A model generated the notes under the pieces. It saw only the letters and a list, made by a program, of their open reading frames with translations, did not search any database and was not told the DNA's origin. This document shows positions 33,027 through 42,976 of a stretch of DNA of 64,000 nt, piece after piece. Position 1 is the stretch's first letter. Each line of letters begins with the position of its first letter. Both the position numbers and the translations under genes were made by a program. Origin of the DNA: an uncultured Acidobacteriota bacterium (GTDB taxonomy: Bacteria > Acidobacteriota > Thermoanaerobaculia > UBA5066 > Gp7-AA6); the NCBI GenBank assembly GCA_963837495.1, contig CAWINF010000001.1, positions 1,289,843 through 1,353,842 on the forward strand, read 5' to 3'.

Positions 33027-34081
33027 TCGAGATCGATCTGCTTCTTCCGCTCGCGGCCTTCCGGCTCGAGGTCCGGGCCGTCTTCGAGTCCGACGCCATC
33101 GCGGTCCTGGGGCCGTCCGGCGCCGGCAAGACCTCTCTCTTCGAAGCGATCGCCGGGCTGCGCCGCGCGACCGGCCGCGCCGCGGTCGGCGGGGAGACGC
33201 TCCTCGACTCGGAGCGGTCCGTGGACCTGCCTCCCGAGCGGCGCCGCGTCGGCTACGTGCCGCAGGACTCGCTTCTCTTTCCCCACCTGACGGCGGAGGA
33301 AAACGTCCGTTTCGCTCTCCCGCGGGACGGCGCCGGCCGGCGCCTGTTCGATGAGGTGGTCTCGATCCTGGAGATCGCGCCTCTGCTGCCGCGGCATCCG
33401 GCGACCCTCTCGGGAGGGGAGCGCCAGCGCGTGGCCCTCGCGCGTGCGCTCGCGACGAGCCCGCGCCTTCTCCTCCTGGACGAACCGCTCGCCGCCGTGG
33501 ATGTGGAGTTGAAAAGCCGCATCCTGCCGTATCTGCTGCGAGTGCGAGACGAGAAGCGGATTCCGATGCTCTACGTGACGCACAACGTCGGAGAGGCCCT
33601 GCTGCTCGCGCGCGAGGTCCTGTTGATGCGGGCGGGCCGGATCGAGGCGTCGGGTCCGGCCGCGTCGCTCTTGTCTTCGCGCCGGCTCGCGACGATCGAT
33701 CCCCTGGCGAGCTTCGACAACGTCCTCGAGGGCGTCGTCGAAGCGGGCGGGTCTTCGGGCACGGCGCGCCTCTGTCTGCCCGGCGGCGGCGTTCTCTTTG
33801 TGCCCGCGGGTGGGCCGGCGGGACGGGCCGTCTATTCCCTCGCGCCCGAGGACGTGCTCCTGGCCGCACACCCGCTCGACCGCGTTTCTGCGAGGAACGT
33901 CCTCGCGGGCGAGGTCGATTCGGTGGACCTGCGTGGCGGCGACGCCCTCGTGTTCGCGCGGGCGGGCGGAGTCTCCTGGCGTGCGCACCTCACCGAAGAG
34001 GCCGTGCGCGAGCTCGACCTCGCTCCCGGGCGCCCGGTGTGGCTCGCGATCAAGACCCAGGCGTTTCGTCCGCTGCGCTGA
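33023..34081 (+). CDS. modC: Molybdate ABC transporter ATP-binding protein with a C-terminal TOBE domain
   Basis: Walker A is 'GPSGAGKTSL', the ABC signature is 'LSGGERQRVALARAL', and Walker B is 'LLLLDEP'. The C-terminal ~120 aa is a TOBE-like beta domain. A GTG start overlaps the modB stop (GTGA). Confidence 0.88.
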   Translation: MIEIDLLLPLAAFRLEVRAVFESDAIAVLGPSGAGKTSLFEAIAGLRRATGRAAVGGETLLDSERSVDLPPERRRVGYVPQDSLLFPHLTAEENVRFALPRDGAGRRLFDEVVSILEIAPLLPRHPATLSGGERQRVALARALATSPRLLLLDEPLAAVDVELKSRILPYLLRVRDEKRIPMLYVTHNVGEALLLAREVLLMRAGRIEASGPAASLLSSRRLATIDPLASFDNVLEGVVEAGGSSGTARLCLPGGGVLFVPAGGPAGRAVYSLAPEDVLLAAHPLDRVSARNVLAGEVDSVDLRGGDALVFARAGGVSWRAHLTEEAVRELDLAPGRPVWLAIKTQAFRPLR

Positions 34082-34203
34082 AAAATCCGGGCCGGGGAGA
34101 CGCTCCGGTCCTTTCCCTCTTGACCGCTGCCCTCGGCGAGATTAGCCTTCGCACAAAAGCAGTGACGAAACATTTCGCCCGAATAAACTCGAGGAGGGTG
34201 CCG

Positions 34204-37155
34204 ATGTCCGCTCGCGTGCTCCATGCGCTTCGTTCGCTTCTCTTCCTTTCACTCGTTCTCTTCGCGATTCCGCTGTTCGCTCAGCAGACCGGGTCAATCA
34301 GCGGGAAGGTGACGGCCTCGGACGGCTCCGCGCTTCCGGGGGTGACCGTCGAGGCCCGTTCCGACGTTCTCCCCGGACCCAGGGTGACCGTCACCGGAGC
34401 CAACGGCGAATACCGGCTCCGCGCCCTTCCCCCGGGCAGCTACACGCTGAAGTTCGATCTCTCCGGCATGAAGGGCGCGACCCGAAAGGCCGAGGTTCAG
34501 CTCGACAAGGACACCGGCGCCGACGTCACGCTCGGCATGCAGGCGGTCTCGGAGAGCGCCACGGTGACGGCCGAGGTGTCTCTGGTCGACAAGGAGTCCG
34601 CGGCGATCACGAGCGGGGTGTCCACCAAGCAGCTCCAGGCCCTCCCGATCGCGCAGGAGTACCGCGACATCCAGAAATACATCCCGGCCGTGCAATACAC
34701 CGAGGACACCGTGCGCGGGCCCAGCGCCGGAGGCAGCGGACAGGACAACGTGTACCTGTTCGACGGCGCCAACGTGTCCTTGCCGCAATACGGAAACCTC
34801 TCCGCCGAGCCGGCCTCCCACGACGTTGCCCAGGTCACGGTCGTCAACGGGGGGGCCAGGGCCGTGGATTTCAACCGATCCGGGGGTTTCTGGATCGACT
34901 CCGTCAGCAAATCGGGCACCAGCGCGTACCACGGCGAGGCCAGCTATCAGCTCCAGACCAAGGGCATGGTCTCGGGGTTGAACACCGGCATCCAGTCCCG
35001 GTACGACCAGGATTCGAGCTGGTTGAACGTAAGCCTCGGCGGCCCGATCCTGCAGGACAATCTGTACTTCTACGGTTCGTACTATCGCCCGGAACATACG
35101 AGAGAGAATCGAGCCAACCTGTACGGCGCGCTGCCGGAATTCGACAGCACGCGCAACGAAGGATTCGGCAAGGTGACGATCACGCCGCTCCAGTCCCTGC
35201 TCGTGAACCTGAGCTACCGTGAGTCCAAGAAGACGGAAACGAGCTCGCTTTTCGGCGCGGCCGACGCGCCGACTACGGGCACCGGCGGCCTGGGCAAGCT
35301 GAGGATCGCCACCGGCGACGCTTCGTGGATCATCAACTCCAGGAGCTTCGCCACGGTGAAGTACTCGTACTTCGCGAACCCGTCGCAGTCGCAGCCTGAC
35401 AACATCTCCAGCGCGGTGCCGTCGTTTACGCCCGGCACGCAACTGGACCTCGCCAACCTGGACAAGCTGGGGCTTCTGACGGTGCCGCTGGGGACCATCG
35501 GCGACGCCGCGTACAAGGCCTTCGTTCAGTCCTACATCGACAAGTATGGCTACACCTCAGACGGAGCGAAGGTCGGGGGCGGCAACGTGGGTTTCGGATC
35601 CACGTTCGACGAGGACAGCTTCTACCGGGACTCCATCCAGGGCGGCTACAACATCACGCTCGGCCAGAACGTCACGCACGAGATTCACCTGGGCTATCAG
35701 TTTTTCTCGGATCGTGAGACCTTAATCCGCAGCTCCAACGGCTGGGGATCGCTGAGCATCCCCGGCGGCCGGCTTGCGCCGGTCAACGGAAAGGTGGCCT
35801 ACTTCACCGCGACGTTCCAGCAGCAGACGACCGGCCAGACGGCTCCGATCAAGTCGGACTTGCAGTCGCAGAACATCGAGGTCAACGACACGATCCGGTG
35901 GGGCAACTGGACGTTCAACCTCGGCCTGCTCGCGAGCAACGACAAGCTCTTCGGCCAGGGGCTGCAGAACGACTACTCGACGCTGTCCGGATACGTCTCG
36001 GCGCCGGGAAACAAGTACGAGATGTACCAGATCCCCTTCCATCGAATGCTCCAGCCTCGCGCCGGAGTGACCTGGTCGTACAACGGCCAGGACACGGTCT
36101 TCGCGAGCTATGCCAAGTACAATCCGTCCCCCTCCTCGTTGCCGCGCGCCGCCTCATGGGATCGCAGCCTGACCGGAACCTTCATCGACGCGTCCTTCGA
36201 CCAGAACGGCGTGCTCTTCGCGGCCATCCCCCGGGGCTCCTCTTCCGGCAAGCTGTTCGTCGCGGACATGACGCCCCACACCGTCGAAGAGGTCCTGGTC
36301 GGCACGGCCAGGCAATTCACCCCCCGCTTCTCCACCCGGCTCTACGGCCGGTTCCGGGAGGGCAGCCACTTCTGGGAGGACACGAACAACAACGCGCGGG
36401 TCCTCTTCAACCCGCCGGCCGGCATTCCCCGGGAGCTCTACATTCCCAACCTCGACGCTCTGAGGAGTCAGATCCTGTCCACGTGCACGGGTTCGACGTG
36501 CACGAACGGGTCGAGCTACGTCATCGCCGACCTCGACGGCGGTTACAGCCGGTACTTTGAAGGCACCATGGAAGCGGACTGGCGGGGCGACAAGACCTTC
36601 GTCCACGCGACCCTCAGCTACATCCGCTACTACGGCAACTTCGACCAGGACAACACGACGGCGCTCAACAACGACATGAACACCTTCATCGGCTCGTCCA
36701 ACATCGCCGACGCGGCGGGACGCCAGCTCTGGGATTACAAGGACGGCACCCTCCATGGCGACCGCCCCTACGTGATCAAGGTGTACGGAACCCGCGTGCT
36801 GCCCTGGAACGCCAGCACCGGCTTGTTCTTCGTCGCCCAGGCGGGGCAGCCGTGGGAGATCAACAGCTACGAGCCCTACCGGGCTCTGACATCGAGCACG
36901 AGCGACTCCAACCGCTTCGCGGAAAGGGCCGGGTCGCGTCGAACCAGCTCCCACTGGCAAGTCGATTTGAACTACACGCAGAACTTCCCCCTGATGACCC
37001 GGTACAACATCCAGATCGCCTTGGACGTCTTCAACCTCTTCGACAAGCAAACGGGCTACAACATCGACCCGGCGGCGCACTCCGCGACCTTCGGACAGCC
37101 CAGGAATTACTACGCCCCCCGGCGCCTGCAGGTGGCCGCCCGGTTCCAGTTCTAG
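34204..37155 (+). CDS. TonB-dependent-receptor-like outer membrane beta-barrel with an N-terminal carboxypeptidase-regulatory-like domain
   Basis: The signal peptide is 'MSARVLHALRSLLFLSLVLFAIPLFAQQ'. An N-terminal 'GSISGKVTASDGSALPGVTVEA' CarboxypepD_reg fold follows. The ~950-aa barrel ends in '...QVAARFQF' with a C-terminal Phe. A GAGGAGGG RBS is present. Confidence 0.65.
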   Translation: MSARVLHALRSLLFLSLVLFAIPLFAQQTGSISGKVTASDGSALPGVTVEARSDVLPGPRVTVTGANGEYRLRALPPGSYTLKFDLSGMKGATRKAEVQLDKDTGADVTLGMQAVSESATVTAEVSLVDKESAAITSGVSTKQLQALPIAQEYRDIQKYIPAVQYTEDTVRGPSAGGSGQDNVYLFDGANVSLPQYGNLSAEPASHDVAQVTVVNGGARAVDFNRSGGFWIDSVSKSGTSAYHGEASYQLQTKGMVSGLNTGIQSRYDQDSSWLNVSLGGPILQDNLYFYGSYYRPEHTRENRANLYGALPEFDSTRNEGFGKVTITPLQSLLVNLSYRESKKTETSSLFGAADAPTTGTGGLGKLRIATGDASWIINSRSFATVKYSYFANPSQSQPDNISSAVPSFTPGTQLDLANLDKLGLLTVPLGTIGDAAYKAFVQSYIDKYGYTSDGAKVGGGNVGFGSTFDEDSFYRDSIQGGYNITLGQNVTHEIHLGYQFFSDRETLIRSSNGWGSLSIPGGRLAPVNGKVAYFTATFQQQTTGQTAPIKSDLQSQNIEVNDTIRWGNWTFNLGLLASNDKLFGQGLQNDYSTLSGYVSAPGNKYEMYQIPFHRMLQPRAGVTWSYNGQDTVFASYAKYNPSPSSLPRAASWDRSLTGTFIDASFDQNGVLFAAIPRGSSSGKLFVADMTPHTVEEVLVGTARQFTPRFSTRLYGRFREGSHFWEDTNNNARVLFNPPAGIPRELYIPNLDALRSQILSTCTGSTCTNGSSYVIADLDGGYSRYFEGTMEADWRGDKTFVHATLSYIRYYGNFDQDNTTALNNDMNTFIGSSNIADAAGRQLWDYKDGTLHGDRPYVIKVYGTRVLPWNASTGLFFVAQAGQPWEINSYEPYRALTSSTSDSNRFAERAGSRRTSSHWQVDLNYTQNFPLMTRYNIQIALDVFNLFDKQTGYNIDPAAHSATFGQPRNYYAPRRLQVAARFQF

Positions 37156-37225
37156 CTCAGACCGCTCATCGAATGACCGAGGGCCCGGCGTCCGCCGCCG
37201 GGCCTTCGTGCCTCTGGGGGAACGT

Positions 37226-39295
37226 TCACCGCTTTTCGCGGTCCTGGAAGAGACGTTCCGAGGCGACGAGCTCTCGAGTCGTCGCGTCGGCCTTCTCGCG
37301 GGCGAGCGCAATGCGCGCGGCCCGATCGGGCTCGCGCAGGAGCACGCTGACCTGCGCCCGCTTGAAGAGCGCCATCGGGTATTCCGGATGCGAGGGCGGG
37401 ACTCGGTCCAGAGACTCCCTCGCCTCGGGGAGGCGCCGGGCGGCGAGATAGAGAACGCCCAGTTCGAGATTCTGCTCGAAGGCGGCGCCCTGGAGAGCCC
37501 GCGCCTTCTCGAACATCTCGATGGCGAAGGCCGTCTGGCCGTCGGCCATGGCCAGTTGTCCCGTCCGGACGAGCTCCATCGGCGTGGGCCTTCGCATGTC
37601 ATAGATCTTCCGGCGTAGCGCGACCGCGTCCGGAATCCTTCCCTGCCGCTCCCGGACGACCGCGAGAGCCTCGAGAGCCGGCAGGCGATCGGGGGTTTCG
37701 GCGACGACTCGCTCGAGCAGAGGGACTGCCCGCTCCCACTGCTTGCCGCGCGCGTAGTGCAGGGCGAGGTAGGTGCGGACATCCTGTGAGTCGGGGGCGA
37801 TGGCGGCGGCCTTCTCGAACGCCGCGATGGCCTGCCTGTCATGTCCAAGGGCGGAGTGCGCCGTCGCCAGGCTCAAGGTGGCGTCGAGATTCCGGGGGTC
37901 CTCGGCGAGGACCCTTTCCAGAAGCGGAATCGCCCTGGCGTACTCCTCGCGGGCGAAGAGACCCGACGCCTTCTCGAGGACGTCGAAGAGACGGCTCATG
38001 TCGGCGGGGCGCGGCGCGTCCTTGCGGACCACGGGCCGAGAGCGCGCGCTGATGTAGCCGAGGCTGGCGAGCTTGCGGATCTCTTCGGCTCCCAGGCTGT
38101 CCGCGGGAGGCGGCGGTTGGAGCGAAGGAACCGGGTAATCGCCCAGGGCGGTCTTGAGGGGCCGCGCGACTTCCTCCCGGGCCGCGAGATCATGGGCTTC
38201 CAGAGGATCGGCGACGACGTCATAGACCTCCAGCCGTCCGGCGAAGATCGCCTTGCGCCGGCCGAGGACGGCCATCACCTGCGGTTGCCAGCCGAACGCG
38301 ACGAACGGTCTCATCGCTTCGCCCAGGACCACTTCCTCCTCGCGACCGCGAAGGCTGTTCGACGCTTCGAGGCCGGCCCAGTCCAGGATCGTGTGAAAGA
38401 CCCTCCGCGTGCTGACCGGCGTATCGCTGACGCCGGGTCGGATGCCCGGTCCCACGAGCAGGAGGGGAACGTGCATCGTCGCCTGGTAGAGAAGATTCCC
38501 GTGCTGGGACTCGCCGTGCTCGCCGAGCCCTTCGCCATGGTCGCCGACGATCACGATGGCGGCCGGCCCCCTGCTCTTGCTCTGCTGCTCGAATGCCTGC
38601 GCGAGGCGCCCCAGTTGCTGGTCCATCGCCGCGACCTCGCCGAGGTAAGGATTCTTCGGGTAACGGCTGCGGAAGGGCTCGGGAGGGGTGTAGGGAGAGT
38701 GCGGGTCGTAGTAGTGAACCCAGAGAAAAAGAGGTTGCGTCGACTCCTGGCGCAGATGCGCGAGGGCGCGGTCCGTCGTCTCCAGAGCCGTGCGTTCGGC
38801 TCGACCCTCCTGCAGATCGTCGTCATAGACATCGAATCCGCGCGCGAGCCCGAATCGCCGGGCCAGCGTGAACGCGGAGACGAAGGCTGCCGTGCGATAG
38901 CCGGCCTGCCGGAGCCGCTCCGCCAAAACCGGGCGATCCGCGGAAAGGTAACGGGCGTTCTCATGGACGCCGTGCCCGGCGGGATAGAGCCCCGTCATCA
39001 TCGAGGCGTGCGAGGGAAGCGTCTCGGGAACGGTCGCGTAAGCCTGGCGGAAGCGGCGGCCTCGCCCGGCGAGAGCGTCAAACGCCGGCGTCTCGATCCC
39101 TCTGGCCTCGGGTCCGATCGCGTCGGCGCGCGTGGTATCGAGCGTCACCAGCAGGATCGATGGGCGGGCCGTGGAGCCGCCGGCCGGGCTCGACGCCGGC
39201 CTGGAAGCCTCTCGACACGCGCCGACGAGCATCGCGCCCGCAAGAGCAAGAGCCTGGCTCCGTCCTGCCGCGGCTCTGGAGCAACGCAGTGCCAT
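37226..39295 (-). CDS. Sulfatase (alkaline-phosphatase superfamily) lipoprotein fused to C-terminal TPR repeats
   Basis: The lipobox is 'LAGAMLVGAC'. The sulfatase metal site is 'VTLDTTRADA'. '...GDHGEGLGEHG' and 'HVPLLLVGPG' are also present. The C-terminal ~300 aa contain multiple TPR-like helices. Confidence 0.8.
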   Translation of the reverse strand: MALRCSRAAAGRSQALALAGAMLVGACREASRPASSPAGGSTARPSILLVTLDTTRADAIGPEARGIETPAFDALAGRGRRFRQAYATVPETLPSHASMMTGLYPAGHGVHENARYLSADRPVLAERLRQAGYRTAAFVSAFTLARRFGLARGFDVYDDDLQEGRAERTALETTDRALAHLRQESTQPLFLWVHYYDPHSPYTPPEPFRSRYPKNPYLGEVAAMDQQLGRLAQAFEQQSKSRGPAAIVIVGDHGEGLGEHGESQHGNLLYQATMHVPLLLVGPGIRPGVSDTPVSTRRVFHTILDWAGLEASNSLRGREEEVVLGEAMRPFVAFGWQPQVMAVLGRRKAIFAGRLEVYDVVADPLEAHDLAAREEVARPLKTALGDYPVPSLQPPPPADSLGAEEIRKLASLGYISARSRPVVRKDAPRPADMSRLFDVLEKASGLFAREEYARAIPLLERVLAEDPRNLDATLSLATAHSALGHDRQAIAAFEKAAAIAPDSQDVRTYLALHYARGKQWERAVPLLERVVAETPDRLPALEALAVVRERQGRIPDAVALRRKIYDMRRPTPMELVRTGQLAMADGQTAFAIEMFEKARALQGAAFEQNLELGVLYLAARRLPEARESLDRVPPSHPEYPMALFKRAQVSVLLREPDRAARIALAREKADATTRELVASERLFQDREKR

Positions 39296-39300
39296 TGACG

Positions 39301-40542
39301 TCAGGTCCGCTCGGGAGCCGTCAGGTCCTCCCAGGTCTCGCGCCGGCGGACGACGCGGAAGGCGCCCCGCTCGACCAGGACCTCGGCCGCGCGCGGGCGG
39401 AAGTTGTAGTTGGAGGCCATCGCGAACCCGTAGGCCCCGACATCGCGGACGGCGAGCAGGTCGCCTTCGGCCGGCTCGGCGAGGACGACGTCTCGCGCCA
39501 GGAAGTCGCTCGTCTCGCAGATCGGCCCGACGACGTCCGCCTGGATGGGATGTCCTTTCGGAGGACCGACGGGCTCGATCGCATGGATCGCGCCGTAGAG
39601 CGGGGGGCGGATCAGGTCGTTCATGCCGGCGTCCGTGATGACGAAACGCCTGCCCCTGTTCTCCTTGACGTAGAGCACGCGCGTCAAGAGAACGCCGGCG
39701 GGTCCCACGACGGCGCGCCCGGGCTCGATCAGGATCCGGAAAGGAAGGCCCGTCAAATAAGGCAGCAGCGCCGCCGCGTATTCGTCGGGTGTCAGCTGTT
39801 TCTCGCCCGCCCCGGCCACGCCGAATCCTCCGCCGATATCCAGCGTCTCGATCGGGAACCCTTCGCCGGCCAGGGCCCGTGCCAGCGCCGCGAGCTCGCG
39901 CGCGGTCTCTTCGAGCGGCGCGGTTTCGAGGATCTGGCTGCCGATGTGCGCCTGGACTCCGGTCAGGACGAGGTTCTCCAGGCGCCGTGAGCGGCCGAAG
40001 ATCTCGCGCGCCCTGCCGATGTCCACTCCGAACTTGTTGTGCTTCAGGCCGGTCGAGATGTAGGGATGGGTCTTCGCGTCGATGTCCGGGTTGACGCGCA
40101 GGGCGACCCGCGTCTTCCTTCCCTGCCGCCCGGCCTCGGCGTCGATCTTCTCCATCTCGCGCTCCGACTCCGCGTTGAACGCAAGGAGGCCGGCGGCGAC
40201 GCCGGCGCGGATTTCTTCGCCCGTCTTGCCGACGCCGGAGAAGACGATCCGGTCCGCGGCGAAACCCGACTCGAGACACGCGCGCAGCTCCCCGCCCGAG
40301 ACGACATCCGCTCCCGCGCCGTGAGAAGCCAGGAGCTTCAAGATCGCGAGGTTCGAATTGGCCTTGGCCGCGTAACAGACCAGATGCCGGACCGCGGCGA
40401 ACGCCCGGTCGAAGGCGCGGAGGTTCTCCTCGATCGCCGCCCGGCTGTAAACGTAGACCGGCGTCCCCGCGCGGCGCGCGATCTCGGAGAGCGGCACGCC
40501 GTCGCAAGTCAACTCGTCTCTTTCGCGGAAGAACCCCGCCAC
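39301..40542 (-). CDS. lysA: Diaminopimelate decarboxylase
   Basis: It has the PLP-dependent fold-III decarboxylase features 'GTPVYVYS', 'CYAAKANSN' with the PLP Lys, 'GGGFGV', and 'EPGRAVVGPAGVLLTRV'. A GTG start at 40542 is proposed; the track ORF extends further upstream. Confidence 0.88.
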   Translation of the reverse strand: MAGFFRERDELTCDGVPLSEIARRAGTPVYVYSRAAIEENLRAFDRAFAAVRHLVCYAAKANSNLAILKLLASHGAGADVVSGGELRACLESGFAADRIVFSGVGKTGEEIRAGVAAGLLAFNAESEREMEKIDAEAGRQGRKTRVALRVNPDIDAKTHPYISTGLKHNKFGVDIGRAREIFGRSRRLENLVLTGVQAHIGSQILETAPLEETARELAALARALAGEGFPIETLDIGGGFGVAGAGEKQLTPDEYAAALLPYLTGLPFRILIEPGRAVVGPAGVLLTRVLYVKENRGRRFVITDAGMNDLIRPPLYGAIHAIEPVGPPKGHPIQADVVGPICETSDFLARDVVLAEPAEGDLLAVRDVGAYGFAMASNYNFRPRAAEVLVERGAFRVVRRRETWEDLTAPERT

Positions 40543-40720
40543 GTCGGGCCGGACGATAACAAAACCAGCTTTACGGGCTGCGGACCCCGATCGCTGCTGC
40601 GCGAAGCGCGTCTGAGGCCGGAGGACATCCTGGCGATGGAACCTCGCATCACCTGGCAGGTCTCCGCCTCTCGAGGTTCCATACATGGTATAAATTGATC
40701 TCATACATGAGGTGGCGGCC

Positions 40721-40975
40721 ATGCCTTCCCGAATCGTGAACATGACGGTGCCAGAACCTCTCCTGAAGGAGGCGGACGAAGTCGCCCGAGCGGAGGGGCG
40801 GACCCGCTCCGAGCTGATCCGCGAGGCGATCCGCCGCTACGTTGACGGGAAAACGCCGGCCCGAAAAGGCTCGGAGCCCCTGCTGGCGCGCATCGCGCGG
40901 CTGGCGGTGAAGGGTCCGCGCCTTCAGCCTCGCGATATCGACGAAATCGTCTATCGGCGTCACAGGGCGCGATGA
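40721..40975 (+). CDS. vapB: VapB-type ribbon-helix-helix antitoxin
   Basis: 'MPSRIVNMTVPEPLLKEADEVARAEGRTRSELIREAIRRYV' is an RHH motif. GAGGTG lies 6 nt upstream of the ATG. The stop overlaps the vapC start (ATGA). Confidence 0.75.
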   Translation: MPSRIVNMTVPEPLLKEADEVARAEGRTRSELIREAIRRYVDGKTPARKGSEPLLARIARLAVKGPRLQPRDIDEIVYRRHRAR

Positions 40976-41403
40976 CGCACTCCGTGCTCGTGGATACGAG
41001 TGCGTTCTATGCCCTTCAAAGCACCGGCGACGCCTTCGAGCATGGCCTGGCCGTCGAGGAGGCCAGCCGGTTCGAATCGGATCGCGCCCTTCTCGTGACG
41101 ACCGACTACGTTCTCGACGAGACGTACACGCTGCTCCGCTCGGCCCTGGGCCACCCCGTGGCCGTCCGATTTGGAAGAGAGATCCGGCGGGGCGGCATCG
41201 AGATCGTTCAGGCCGGTCAGGAGATCCAGGATGAGGCGTGGCGGATTTTCGAACGGTATGCCGACAAGGACTTTTCGTTTACAGACTGCACGAGCTTCGT
41301 TGTGATGAGGCGCGCGAAGATCCGACTGGCGTTTACTCTGGACCGCCACTTTCGCCAGTTCGGCTTTCAGACCGCTCCGGCATCTGCCGGGACGAGGCAC
41401 TGA
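40972..41403 (+). CDS. vapC: PIN-domain VapC toxin ribonuclease
   Basis: 'VLVDTSAFYAL' carries the first acidic residue and 'LVTTDYVLDETYTLL' the next. 'FSFTDCTSFVVM' gives the conserved C-terminal Asp of PIN domains. Confidence 0.8.
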   Translation: MTHSVLVDTSAFYALQSTGDAFEHGLAVEEASRFESDRALLVTTDYVLDETYTLLRSALGHPVAVRFGREIRRGGIEIVQAGQEIQDEAWRIFERYADKDFSFTDCTSFVVMRRAKIRLAFTLDRHFRQFGFQTAPASAGTRH

Positions 41404-41617
41404 GATGGAACAACCCGGAACGTCGATCGCGGAAGAAATCCGCCACGGGCCGCGACGATAGCAGAGGGAAACCAGCCTCGATCTGAATGCGCAGCCAGCG
41501 CAAATTGCGAAGCTCTCCTCCAGTTCACGCTTGGGGTCCCGCCGGATGACCGCGCCGGGCACGTCCGGGATGTCAGGGCGCAGGCGCGGCTGACAAGCTT
41601 CACGATGGCGGGGGCCG

Positions 41618-42976
41618 CTACGGCGCGGGAGAACGAGCGAGGGACGCGGGAGCCGGCGCGCCGCTGAGGTGCTCGCGGGCATCGTAGCGGCGCACGCTCT
41701 TCGCGGTGGCGGCGATGAGGCCGGTGAGGACGACGGTGGCCATTCCTCCGGAAACGACAGCGACGGTGACGCCGACGGCCGTCGAGGCGAAGAGAGATGC
41801 CACGAGACCCGCTTCCATCTCTCCCAGCTGCGGCCCGCCCGTGAAGAAGATCGCGTTGACGGAGGTCATCCGTCCGCGCAGCCGGTCGGGCGTGATGAGC
41901 TGCCGCAGGGTCTGGCGGATAACGGTCGAGACGGCGTCGGCGAGGCCGACGGCGGCCAGGGCCGCCAGCGTCAGGACGAAGTTTCGCGAGAAGCCGAACA
42001 CGACGGTCGCCGCTCCGTACGCGGCGACGGAGGCGAGGAAGATCGGGCCCTGCCGCGAAGGAAGCGGGCGGATCGACACGAAGAGAGACCCGGAAAGCGC
42101 GCCCACCGCTGGCGCCGCGACAAGGATTCCGTAGCCCTTCGCGCCGACCTTCAAGACCTGGTCCGCGAAGATGGGAAGAAGCGACATGGATCCGGAGAAG
42201 AACGTCGCCAGGAAGTCGAGCCCCATCGTCCAGACCATCAGAGGAGTCGTGAACACGAACCGCAGGCCTTCTTTCAGGGCTTCCCAGGGATGCGCGTCGC
42301 CCGCGCCCTTCTCCGGCGCGCCGGAAGCGCGCATCGTCGCGAGAGCGAGGATCACGCCGGCAAACGAGGCGGCGTTCAAGAGGTAGATCAGAGCGAGGCC
42401 CGATGCGCTCGCCGGCATTCCCGCGGCAGGAATGGCCGACGCGGCGGGCCGGACACTGGCGTGTCCCGCGAGGACCAGGCCCGCGATCGCCGGTCCCCCG
42501 ATCATGGCAGTCTGAAAAGCCGAGAAGTTGAGCGAGAGCGCGCCGGCGAGCTCCCGCGGCGGCACCAGACGCGGGAGCAGGGCATTGCGGGCCGGCCCGT
42601 CGAAGGCTCCCGCCGCGGCCGAGAGGAAGTTCAATCCGTACAGAAGCCAGAGCGTCTCGCGCCGGAAGAAGGTCAGACCCGAGAGCGTCAACGCGACGGC
42701 GGTCATCGCGAGCTGGGTCGTGATCATCACGCGCCGCCGGTCGCTTCGGTCCGCCACGACGCCGCCCAGGAGGGAGAAGGCGATGATCGGCACGACCCGC
42801 GTCAATCCCACGAACCCGAGCGCCAGCGCCGAGCGCGTCAGCAGGTAGATGTGCCAGTTGAGCGCCACCACCTGCATCTGCGTGCCGACGAGAGACAGCA
42901 GCTGCGACGACAGCAGCCGGCGAAAGTCGCGGTGGCGCAGCGCGAGATAAGGCCGATGAGAGGCGGAAGGAACCAC
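41618..42976 (-). CDS. MFS transporter (EntS/macrolide-efflux-like), divergent from tetR
   Basis: The protein has 12 predicted TM helices and the MFS motif 'GGVVADRSDRRRVM'. Confidence 0.8.
   Translation of the reverse strand: MVPSASHRPYLALRHRDFRRLLSSQLLSLVGTQMQVVALNWHIYLLTRSALALGFVGLTRVVPIIAFSLLGGVVADRSDRRRVMITTQLAMTAVALTLSGLTFFRRETLWLLYGLNFLSAAAGAFDGPARNALLPRLVPPRELAGALSLNFSAFQTAMIGGPAIAGLVLAGHASVRPAASAIPAAGMPASASGLALIYLLNAASFAGVILALATMRASGAPEKGAGDAHPWEALKEGLRFVFTTPLMVWTMGLDFLATFFSGSMSLLPIFADQVLKVGAKGYGILVAAPAVGALSGSLFVSIRPLPSRQGPIFLASVAAYGAATVVFGFSRNFVLTLAALAAVGLADAVSTVIRQTLRQLITPDRLRGRMTSVNAIFFTGGPQLGEMEAGLVASLFASTAVGVTVAVVSGGMATVVLTGLIAATAKSVRRYDAREHLSGAPAPASLARSPAP

Noticed and set aside
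29951-33988. A 1345-aa ORF on the minus strand, extremely Arg/Pro/Ala-rich
   Set aside because: It is antisense to the well-supported ModE / porin / modABC genes. Such long stop-free frames are expected in 68% GC DNA, and no domain motifs are present.
37226-40507. A 1093-aa minus ORF
   Set aside because: It is a read-through artefact. The real genes are lysA (39301..40542, different frame) and the sulfatase-TPR (37226..39295, starting at MALRCS). The N-terminal 400 aa of the long ORF is out-of-frame over lysA.
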